64,000 nt of DNA from NCBI RefSeq assembly GCF_964355755.1, contig NC_092674.1:2480001-2544000 (forward strand). The letters are read 5' to 3'. Of the stretch, positions 13,830-24,206 are shown piece after piece (within the stretch, counting starts at the first letter, position 1; each line of letters begins with the position of its first letter). A program made the translations under genes and the position numbers. This DNA comes from Antedon mediterranea. Lineage: Eukaryota > Animalia > Echinodermata. The notes under the pieces are model-generated. The model did not search any database. It was not told the origin of the DNA and saw only the letters and a list, made by a program, of their open reading frames with translations.

Positions 13830-13867
13830 GCAGAGCTTTCGGGCAACACTAGCCCTTCATCAGTGCA
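13830..13867 (-). ncRNA. Minimal type I hammerhead ribozyme motif in a Penelope-like pLTR fragment, copy 1
   Basis: Minus strand reads gca-CTGATGA-a-gggc(tagtgtt)gccc-GAAA-gc-TC-tgc: intact core, 4-bp stem II, palindromic AGCT stem III, 3-bp stem I, followed by a pyrimidine-rich tract. Confidence 0.7.
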
Positions 13868-14746
13868 TATATTTTTTTACAAAAAGTAAGGTTGGTGATA
13901 ATAAAGTTAAATTATCCCATAAAAAGGTCCGTTAAAAATAAAATAATTTTTCCTGCTATATATTTTACAGAGATACAAGTTTTTGGCACAAATTTTTCAG
14001 AATATACATTTATTTTCGTATAATGAGATTTTGTCACAATTGTGAAGTAAATTGTATTGACCTTTACCTTTAAACATCAGCTAACCTATTAATCTCCTCC
14101 ACACATAATTGTCAAATCAATTCCAGTTCACAAGTAAATACAAAGTAGGCTAAAATTGTTGAATTTACAAAAATGCAGTAAAACGAATTATATCTCTATA
14201 AGTGCAATTATTATACTTTGTTATTTTTTTTTTCTGAGTTTTCTAGATCTAGAAAAGTCAGATATCTGAGTTTTCTATCAATCAATTTTATTTAGGAAAA
14301 TAGATTTTAGAGTTGTGACCTGACGATTTAAATCAAGGCAAGGTCAAATATCGTTTTTATTTATCAATCAGTAGTGCATACAATTTATTATTTTCTCTCT
14401 GAATGGTTGATGTAATCATTGAGAATTAATTAATTTGACCCACGGTCAAGCGTGCTGGTATTTCTTACCAGACCAAATATTGTCTCTGTATAATCAACCA
14501 TGGTCATGGAAAATACAGATTTTAATGCACAAAATCAAGCGTGTGCCTATAGAAACATTTTACTTCCTTTGTATATGAATTTTTGTTTTATATTTTATAT
14601 TTATCTGTTTTTTATCGTACTAATATCTGCCAATCTTTAAGATGAATTTCTATTGATATTTTATTATGATAATGGACAAGTAAAGCATTTCAGTATTGAG
14701 TATAGAACATTAATGAGAATGTCACATTGTCACATTTTCATTGTAG

Positions 14747-14878
14747 GATGTAAATGTGTTCAACACTTCGCCAGTGGATCCTGATTTATACAAACATAGT
14801 TTACAGCTTTTTAATTCTAAAGACTTAACTACTATGGCGCGCCAAGCTGTCATTTATTCGGAAATAAAGATATCTTAG
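14747..14878 (+). pseudogene. Duplicated ZC3H13 terminal exon (pseudo-exon or alternative last exon)
   Basis: Same acceptor (cattttcattgtag) and first 26 codons as 8625-8750, then reads into the MITE: ...FNSKDLTTMARQAVIYSEIKIS*. Confidence 0.7.
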
Positions 14879-15161
14879 TTTAAAACTAAGATATCTAAGT
14901 TTAAAACTAAGATATCTCTATTAATAGAGATATCTCTATTTAAAACTATAAGATATCTCTATTAAACTAACAGAGATATCTGTATTAAAAACTAAGATAT
15001 CCCTATTTAAAACTAAGATATCTTAGTTTTTAATAGAGATATCTCTATTAATAGAGATATCTCTATTTAAAACTAAGATACCTCTATTTAAAACTAAGAT
15101 ATCTCTATTAAAAACAAAGATATCTCTATTGCTTGAATAAATGACAGCTTGGCGCGCCATA
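14833..15161. mobile_element. MITE with 27-bp perfect TIRs and TATGG...CCATA termini (IS3EU-like)
   Basis: TIR tatggcgcgccaagctgtcatttattc / gaataaatgacagcttggcgcgccata; 6-bp TSD cttaac (left copy offset by a 3-nt act duplication); internal ~21-bp aaaactaagatatctctatt repeats; absent from unit A. Confidence 0.85.
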
Positions 15162-15803
15162 CTTAACACCTCACGTGTTACCATCGACGCAAATTGAAAC
15201 GTAGTGCACGATGTCAAAGGTCATATACTGTAAGTGGGATTGTGTCGAGAGTCATAGGCTGATCTGAGGGGAGAGAGAGACTGCCGCCATGTACAGCAAC
15301 ATCTGAAACAACTGAATCGGGAATGAAACATTACAGATTCTCCTTTTTATTAAATGAATATTTTAAGGCAAATAAGTGAAATAAAATCACTTCTTAAAGC
15401 ATTGTTTACACTATCAAAGTTTATGTGACTAATGTGATGTGCCCATGTACATGATGATGTCATATCACTACCATATTTGGGCAAATTATAATATAGACAG
15501 AGCTTTCAATTAATATGCTTCCCTTTCGTTTCATTTTATTAAAAATTCATATAAAAATTCTGCAAAATGTCAACATATCACTTGAGTGTTAGATAAATCA
15601 TTTTAAACAATATATTATCTAATGTAAATGTGTACATGCGTTATCTCAAAAAGATAATACATCTATGTGTAGAGTAAGACGTCAATTAAAACAGTCTAGT
15701 TACACTTGTGTTTATTTGTGTACCCAGTGTCCCATAAAAAAAAAGAAAAACAAGCCTGTTGATTGTTTTGTTGCCAGACAAGTTAAATTATGCAAACACC
15801 CAA

Positions 15804-15953
15804 AGCTTGTTTCCCGCTACGACGTAACGCAAGGACGTAAACGCAACGCAAGCGTGTTGACCAATGACAAGCGACAGTTCGAATAATCTATCGCTTGTGA
15901 TTGGTCAAATAACTTATAGATGTCCTTGCGTGTTTCGTCTCTAGTGGGAAGGG
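15804..15953. mobile_element. Harbinger-like MITE (agcttgtttcccgctac...tagtgggaagggt)
   Basis: Imperfect TIRs. The unit A counterpart (~9352-9383) is truncated; a related fragment at ~837-925 shares gttgaccaatgacaagcgacagtt. Confidence 0.6.
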
Positions 15954-16191
15954 TTACTTAATAACCTTCACCATATAAGTTTTTAACTTATCTTCCAAAG
16001 AATTTGAATTCTGTATCAAATAATAATATATTAAATATAAATAATATAATAATTGATAAAATGCACTTACCAACTGTAGGCCTACTATTACTTATATAAT
16101 AATTAACACTCCTAAATTGAAACGGACTAAAATTATACATTACTGCAGTAGTAAAGTTACTGCAGCACAATACTTTGACGTGATTTCTAAC

Positions 16192-18103
16192 TTAACTTAA
16201 TGGAAAGGCAATTGGAATTTTGTAATTAAATAACATAAAATCGTACTTAAATTTATGGTAGATATCGAATATAAGAGAGGCGGGTATATTGGCGTATGCT
16301 TTCTCGAGTTTACCTGAACTATTTGTGAAGTGCTTCCCGGTCGAATGTGGAAATGTTATGTTTGCTTTCGAACGCGTTAAAATGTATTTCGATTCGTTTT
16401 CTATATCCTCAAAATGACCTATGACGTCATAGTGGATATCGCACGGATAGCAAACTCTGTGCATTTCCCGCCAATGACCGTTAAATCTAGTTATCATACC
16501 ATCTATAACAAAATTTAAAAAATCTTCAAATTGTACTGTTTTACTTTCGTCTTGTTTGTTTGATCTAAAACGTGACCATATTGTATCGTATATTCCTTGA
16601 AACTGTCCGTGGTTCTTCTGTTCTGGGTTAAATTTATCGTTGTAAGCAGACAATAATCGTGAGAACGGATTCCTTACGAACATAAACGTTGTGTAATTTT
16701 TCAAGATTTCGTTTTGTTTCTTTACTGGAAAACTACTCAAATATTTGACTTGTTTCTTCCACGCGGCACTCACTTGCGTATGTGTCATCTTCATTACATC
16801 GTTGTACTTCGTCTTTCCAGCTAAAACCAGCATAATTCTAGCCCAGCTGTCCGTTGCAACTTTTGGTGTCTGGCAATAGACCATCTTGTGTTTTTCATTC
16901 ACTAACAGTATTGGTTTAGCGGTCATTTTAGTTATTTTGTTTCGGTGGAGCTGGCACATCTGTTTTATGTGTTTGTTGCGCTCTACGTGTAAAGCTGAAT
17001 ATCGTGCCATGAATTCAGCTTCGGTTTCCAGAAAATTAATCTAGAATAGGAAATTGAATTTATTTGAAGAAAAAAAAAGGATAGATTCGGTTCTAAAAGT
17101 TTTATTATTATAATATACAATAAGCTTAACCAGACCGATACGACTTTGTTTAAGCACAATCGATCGTCAGGAAATATGTTTCTTCTTTTCATAAGGAAAA
17201 AACTATAGAAATCCAAAGAACAATACTGTACATATTATTTAGGAAAATAGATTTTATAGTTGTGACCTGACAATTTAAATCAAGGCAAGGTCAAAACTCT
17301 TCTTTATTTAAAAATTTCCAAAAAGGTCGTTCTACTATCAGTGTAATAATATTATTATTTAAACCAACACTATACATTTTAAACTCGAGCTGGCGGCGTT
17401 TGTCACGAGAAGTTACAATTATTGTTATCCAAAATTAGAAAACCTAAGAGACGGACACAATTCCAAACCCTTTTTTCTTTGAGTTTTAAAATATCTGTAC
17501 TTTTTGAAAAATTGTTCTTTTTACTTTACATTGTTATTCATGATTTTGAATTAAATTAATTATTTCAGTTTCAGATTCAGAAATAATCTATGGAATATTA
17601 AAAATGTAGACCTGCTTTGTATTTATATAAAATGCACATTTACCTGTTTATTTGAACCATTGTGACTGCTGTTAGTAGTTAGGCTGGTTGAAAAAGTTGG
17701 TCTGATTTCTGTATCATACAAAATAATAAGTTATTTCATTAACGAAAACTATATACACATCTCAACCTCCTAATTGTTGTATATTTTAATATTATACAAC
17801 AAAGTAAGTAGTCTAAAATGAATAAAGTGACATCGGGCCTCGTCGACGAATCGATAATTATATTGGTGACGCTTTTTCAACAAATCTCGAGTGAAATTAT
17901 TTAATTATCAATATAATCCGAAACAAACATCTTAGTATATAGCCGCCTAATAATATAATAATTTCTCGTTATTATTCACCTTTTTTGAAATTTAACGGTT
18001 TGTTAACTGCTGTAGATCCCATGTACATGAGGTATGTCAAGCCGTACATAACTGCACCAATGAAAAAGAGTAGGCATATTCTTCTTCTTTTGATAATCAT
18101 CAT
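16192..18103 (-). CDS. Carbohydrate sulfotransferase (Sulfotransfer_2 family), copy 2, ~345 aa
   Basis: Exons 18103-17980, 17708-17644 and 17040-16192; intact ORF and splice sites; about 10 amino-acid differences from copy 1. Confidence 0.9.
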
Positions 18104-18976
18104 CGTCAGGCCTACGTACCTATAATAACAGCAATAATGAGTACTACACTATATCAAAGCCATAATGTGGTTTTGGAAAGGTGAGGTGTCGTGTAGGTAC
18201 CCAGACTTCGTCCTCTTAACCTCTTAACACGGCGTATATTTAAGCATTGATTGAAGGCGTACTTAATGTATGTTATTACATTATCTAACATAATGCAAAG
18301 GTTATTATTGGACTTCCATGTGTCAGTCAGAGCAAAATGGCAAAAGGTTTCCTACTTTCAAGGAGTTTTATCTATATTGTTTGACAACTCTTGTAACATG
18401 TTGACAGTGCTGATTTTGCCATTTTTCTGGTGTGTGAAGGTTGTTTTTTTACTCAATAGTTTTAAACAATCCTGCAGAGAATTGGGTTATTAGCAAAATG
18501 CAGTTATACTGATATTTCATATTTAATGTTGGATATCTTTTACAAAACTTATAAATATCATAAACTTTTGGTCATTAATGAAGTATTCAGAGTTACCAAA
18601 AGTTCAATTAGCGCATCACAAGAAATAAAAAGAGACCAATAGTTAAACAAATCATGTGAAGACCAAGGCACTTTCAAGATAATAAACTCCTTGGCTCTGA
18701 TAACATTTAGACATTTACATATAAAAAAGGAATGGATTAGATCTTCAGATCCTTTATTACAGTGGACATGTGTGCTATCATTGTCCTGTTGCCATTTTGC
18801 AACTTTGCTATTAAGAGGTAATGTGTTATAGCGAGCCTTGAATTTTAAACTAATTGCTGTAAAGTTATTTATTTCTAGGAGATTTTTGAAATGAGAAAAT
18901 TCAGAACACCGTTAACGTAGTAAATGACGAAAACAATGTTTAATTTGTCGACGAACATGATAGGACACCAGCCCAA

Positions 18977-19396
18977 TTGCAATCAGATACCCTTACACAT
19001 CCAACTAAAGTAGAACCCCTTAACTTGCAACCTTACATTGACTGTGTAGAGAATAACATGGGATTAGCAGCCCCATTCCAAATGAAAGAAGAACAAATTA
19101 AGGAACAAACTAATCTAATTATGACAGCACCTAATGATTCAAATATGACATTAAACCGAGGTAGATTTAAAGCAGGACATTTCCAAGTTTTAGTTTCGTA
19201 TTCTAAACCGACTTCAGCCAAACGTAACACTGATAAAACAAAACACGAATCTAATGATCGCAAATTTTGGTGGAATATCGACAGATATAACGATACAGAT
19301 AAATTGATTAAAGAGATTATTAATGATAAACAGATACCGATAAGTGGATCGCCAAAACGATTCATAAAACGTTTGTATAATGCAACAAGTTACTAA
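18977..19396 (+). pseudogene. C-terminal remnant of a retroelement ORF with a possible chromodomain-like tail
   Basis: TTG-start ORF whose frame extends upstream past one TAA to the deletion breakpoint; LNRGRFKAGHFQVLVSY...FWW...DKLIKEI loosely fits the chromodomain pattern R-x3-G-x3-hLV...W...LI-x-E. Confidence 0.4.
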
Positions 19397-21628
19397 TTTA
19401 ATCTGTTTGCAAGAATTTCCTTTAAATTACGACATTTGCTAAATTAATGATAGCATAGTCTACGTATTTGATGAGATTTGTTTAGTAATGATGTGATTTC
19501 AGTTAAAAGAGAATTGAATTTATATTTAAGTATTGATTTGTAACGAGTTTTTTTGATAAAGATTAGTTTTGAATTTTGATGATCGATATATTGAGATATT
19601 GAAAAGAACGACAATCATTTTGTAACAAATATTTTGTTTAACCTTTGAGTCGTTAATCTCAAGCATTAATCAATTGATATACAAGAACAGGAGATTTTCT
19701 TAGTACTTTTAATAGTAATTTTTTTGACATTGAGTACAAAAGTCGAATTTGTCGATTGATTGAAATCGTAATTACCTGTGAATATAAATGCTTAAATCGA
19801 TAAAGTTGTGACGATAATGATATATTGTGGATAAGTTTGTGTCAACGACACACACATTTGTTTCTTTAAAGTTTTAAGTGATTAAGTTTGATATTTTGAT
19901 TTTAGGCTAATCAGCCACAGTTTTCTTGAGTTTTATGTTTTGATTTGATTGATTTATGTTTGAAGGCCATTAGAACGCGATGAGTTGTCGCACGATTTGA
20001 TGTATGTTCAATGTAACATACTATTTTTAAGTTTTGTATTTTTATTTTAACCGATTTATGTTTGATTTACGCGAATTTTATACCAAATTCATTTTTTATT
20101 TTAATTTTTTTTAAGAGAGAGAAGAGAGAGAGTGAAAGTGATAAGGTTACACTTCAGAGTCAATGGTTTTGGCTAACTCAATTTTGCTTATATGTATAAT
20201 AATGTTTTTTTCTTTTATATCTATATATAAATTTACGTAAGGGCAAAATTCGGTAAATCGCGCGTTATCTCTAGAATGTTTACTCGATGGTATATAAAGT
20301 TGGTTAGAATCTCGGTACTGATTTTAACCACCAGATGTAACCCTGTTTACTAATTAAATTGAGTTAGATAATTAGTTATTGACAATTAAAACAAATTTAG
20401 GTTCAACGATTTGCCCCAAATAGGGGTGTTTTTCGATCGTGGTATACACTGTCTAATGGATGTCCGTCTTGAAAAATACCCGAAGACAATAATACGAGGA
20501 TGCTTCGCATTTTCCTATCTCCTCCTACGATAATTGTTTTTAATGGCTGAAAACCGGTTGAACAGCTCGAGTACAGCATCATAATGTTGAAGACAGGCCT
20601 ATTTTCTTTAAAAAATACTATTTTGATAGATTTAATATACGTTTATATAAATGTATTGATTTGCGATGAATGGAACATTCCAATCTCTGTTCCACAAGTG
20701 TCTATTCCCTCAGGCGTCGTAAAGGCAAGTACTGTATACAGTACTCATAACAGAAATTCGATCCATTTTTTTCCCAATCTGTACTGCAGAGGTTGGATAT
20801 AATTTTTTTTTAAACGGATAATGAGCTAGCGTTTTCAGTCGCCGTATATTATGTACAAATCTTTATTATTGCATTTAAACCACCCACATCATCACCCTTC
20901 CCTCACTGCCATGAGTAGCGTTGTAAAGCCAGTAGAGGATAAGCCTATACGGTGCATCATATGCCCTAAACGCAGAACAACTTTGGTGGGTAGGGTAGGA
21001 ACCAACTTAATTATGAATTGGCTCTAAGAAACAATTGAAAACCATTAGGCCTACTAATTAAGTTGAGTTAGATAATTTAATATTATTGACGATTAAATCG
21101 AACTTATGATTTTCCCCGAATAGAGGTGGTTTTCACAAATTGTTTAACATTATATATAAACATACGTCGTAGTGTATCGTTACATGTACTGTACTATTTC
21201 AATCGACTACGACGATGATAGTTTCAACAAAGGATTACATCGCAATGTTTTACTGTGTTTAGTGGTATATTATTTGTAAAACATGAAAACAATTAATATT
21301 TCGTTACAAAATAAAGAATATATTTAAAAATTGTTCCTCTTTGCACCCATCCTCTTCCCCATCCCTCAACCATAATGTTACATACAAAACACAAAATAAG
21401 TTAGTTTAAATCTGACTTTTAAAACAATTGGTCTCATTGTGTGACAAGTTTCTCTTTCGGAAGTAATTCCCAGGGTGCTAATTTTAGTTGAGTACATAAA
21501 TCACAGTGTCTATTTATTCGTTCCTGTAAACGACATGTATTATTGTCCTGCATTATTGTACATTTGAAGTCGCCAGTTTTTTTAACGCTGAAATCATTAT
21601 GTATTCGAGAACCATCTGTGGGCACGAC

Positions 21629-21665
21629 CTAGATGGTACGCGAGCGAAGCGAGCGTACCATCTAG
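21629..21665 (+). mobile_element. Helitron-like 3' terminus (GC-rich hairpin ending CTAG|T)
   Basis: Perfect 13-bp stem ctagatggtacgc/gcgtaccatctag around gagcgaagcga, followed by T. The 5' end was not located. Confidence 0.55.
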
Positions 21666-21704
21666 TAACTTTAAATTTTGCATGCCACTATTATAACCAT
21701 TTTT

Positions 21705-22445
21705 AGTCGCGTGGAAGCGACTCTATAGTTCACTATGTCGGTCGGTCGGTCTGTCTGTCTGTCTGTCTGTCTGTCGGTCTGTCTGTCGGTCTGTCTGTCG
21801 GTCTGTCTGTCTGTCTGTCTGTCGGTCCGGTATCACTATGCGTTTTATCGCTTTCTGACCTTATATCTTGATATCAGTTTAATCTAGCTAGGTCAATTTT
21901 TCACAGTATATTCCTTATGGCCAGGAATCAATGTGGTTATGTTTTCACGGTGCGCAATAAAAAATTACGCGGTCTACGCACGATTTAACGAAATCACGTT
22001 TGTAATCATATCTTCACAACCATGAATCACAATAAAATAAAATTTGGTACTCATAAATTTCAGGGCATAAAATATCATCATATGGCAATACAATTACGTG
22101 CGTAGCGCATGTAACGCATGCGTACGCGCGCTTAACATTTTCAAAATTTATTTTCGATGAAATAAGAGTACATTTCAGGCAATTTTAAGCGTTTACAAAA
22201 TTGCCATGAGTGCGCATATTTTTGCGCGCGCACTGCGCGTTAAATGTTATTGCGCACTCTTTTTGCCCGATTTCTGTTTTCTTGACTTACTTTTCAACTC
22301 GAAATTACGTTATACGAGCACGTCGAAAGTGACAGGCTACGCACGTGTAAATTAAAAAAAATAAATGTTTTTAAACATTTCAACATTTTTAAACATGTTC
22401 AGTAATTTCGGTCAGTATAGTTCACTATGTCGGTCGGTCGGTCTC

Positions 22446-22479
<34 letters not shown>

Positions 22480-22565
22480 GGTCTGTCTGTCGGTCTGTCG
22501 GTCTGTCTGTCGGTCCGGTATCACTATGCATTGTAGCACGCGACTTAATGGCTGTTGGCCTTGTT
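21705..22565 (+). mobile_element. HINE/DINE-1-like non-autonomous Helentron element, copy 2
   Basis: Same body as 5884-6569, with two long (gtct/gtcg)n tracts, a 5' block duplicated near the 3' end, subTIR agtcgcgtg/cacgcgact and T-rich flanks. Confidence 0.85.
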
Positions 22566-22607
22566 ATATTTTAAATAGATTTATTAAAAAAAAGGGAAAC
22601 AGAGGGA

Positions 22608-23260
22608 TGTAATATAATGATATACTTTTATAATTAAGAAATCGACCTTTGTATCAGAATTCAAATAAGTTCACAAACCTGGCCCAGAAAGTCCAGAGGA
22701 GAAATTGTCCAGATGTTTCAAAAGTACATTTAATTAAATCCCAAAAGTAAACAGTTTATTTGACCTCTCTAACTGTTCCCATCGTAAAACAATTAGATAT
22801 TGACAGTTTTAAGCAAAGATTCGACAGGGCCAATTCATCATTGTAACCTCCCCAGATAAGATCAATCACTCCCACTTAAACACCCCTGGATCAACTTAGG
22901 ACCAATCGTTACCCTCACAGATGACGTTGTGACATATGCAAATGAACCGAAGCCAATACCCCCAAGTTTCAGAAGAGCGCAGACACACCTTACAGCCACT
23001 GCACGGAGCACACACCTTACAGCCACCGCACGGAGCACACACCTTACAGCCACCTCACGGAACACATACCTCACAGCCACTTCTCCAGAAGCAGACCTAC
23101 ACACTTCACACCTCACCGACAGCATCACTGATTCTCCGTTCCTTATCTATACTTATAGTTGTATATTGTACTGAAGTATTATACTGAATAAACAATATGT
23201 GTTACGACGGTTAAGCGAGTAAGAGTCTTCATTAGTACCTCAACACAACACTATATCACA
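22608..23260 (+). mobile_element. 3' LTR (~653 bp)
   Basis: Termini tgtaatataatg...cactatatcaca (10/12 inverted match), purine tract upstream, AATAAA near 23187, internal 30-bp tandem repeats at ~22983-23110; homology to unit A resumes immediately after it. Confidence 0.7.
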
Positions 23261-23338
23261 ATAGGAAGAATCAATTTGCATAATTGATTTATTACAACAT
23301 TTGTGTCCAGTTAAGAGCCATTTCACATTTGTTGAGAA

Positions 23339-23403
23339 TAGGGAGGTTTCGTACGACGTATCCGTTTTCGTTATCGTATTCGTAAGATTGCGAAACCTCT
23401 CTA
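23339..23403. mobile_element. Tiny MITE (tagggaggtttcg...cgaaacctctcta)
   Basis: Near-perfect 13-bp inverted termini; occupies the place of ~95 bp present in unit A. Confidence 0.55.
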
Positions 23404-24206
23404 ATAACCGTTCCACATAACTAACTTTACTATAGGCCTACTATAATGCAGGGTAATTTCATTTCAACCGATTTTATACTGTTTTCACGCTAAAAAATAT
23501 CACGAGTGGGTCGCGCTTAAATCAAATGTCTGGAAAAACTACGTAACATTAATTATAAATTGTTATATTCCTGTACAGGGTATTAAATTTTAAACAAATT
23601 TGACTTTTCCCGAAAAAAATAGGATAATTATCAGCGAAGTTGTGATCAATATAGTGTGAAAAATGAGTGTTTTTATCGATTTTTGGTGAGCTTTAGAACG
23701 TTTTCAGCACACAATAAGTTTGTAATGGTAGAGTGACTAGAGCAGAGTTCACTGTTGCTTTTAAGATAAAATAAATAATGTTACTTTTCTTTGAGAGAAG
23801 TATCAAAGCCCTGTTTATCTGCAACGAGAGTAAAGTACTGTTGCGCTGTGAAATATTATGTGTCGACCTTTACGTGCTGACCTGAAAACAAACTTTTCAT
23901 AAAGAATTTTCCGCCTTGATGGAGGAACCCAAAGCATTTACACCCAGTATGACAACAACAACAGGGTGGGTAGTACTGCATTGGGTGAACTAAAACAGGA
24001 AAAAGTCTAAAGAATTCGACGACCCTGAGTGTTTTCAAGATGGCCGCAAAATTGATAAAGAGTTAAAATTTCTAACTTGGTCTATTGACATGTTTCTGCT
24101 GCCAGTACTCTAATGAAATATTTTAGCCAGAAATGCTATTTCTTGCACTTTTTTTTTATATCTGAGTTGGCTATGGTGATAGAGTTGGGCTCTACTGAGA
24201 ATATAC

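Larger units (their letters stand above)
8239..14226 (+). repeat. Tandem segmental duplication, unit A (~6.0 kb)
   Basis: Colinear and highly similar to 14365-26716 once the insertions in unit B are removed. Contains the ZC3H13 last exon and 3'UTR, the sulfotransferase gene and its upstream region. Confidence 0.95.
18887..23260 (+). mobile_element. 5'-deleted LTR retrotransposon remnant (probably Ty3/gypsy) with nested insertions
   Basis: Absent from unit A. Begins in a reading frame with one internal stop that continues as ORF 18977-19396; purine tract aaaaaaaagggaaacagaggga (22586-22607) directly precedes a TG...CA LTR. Confidence 0.6.

Noticed and set aside
22862-23187. ORFs with THLTATARS repeats
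   Set aside because: Products of the 30-bp tandem repeats inside the LTR.
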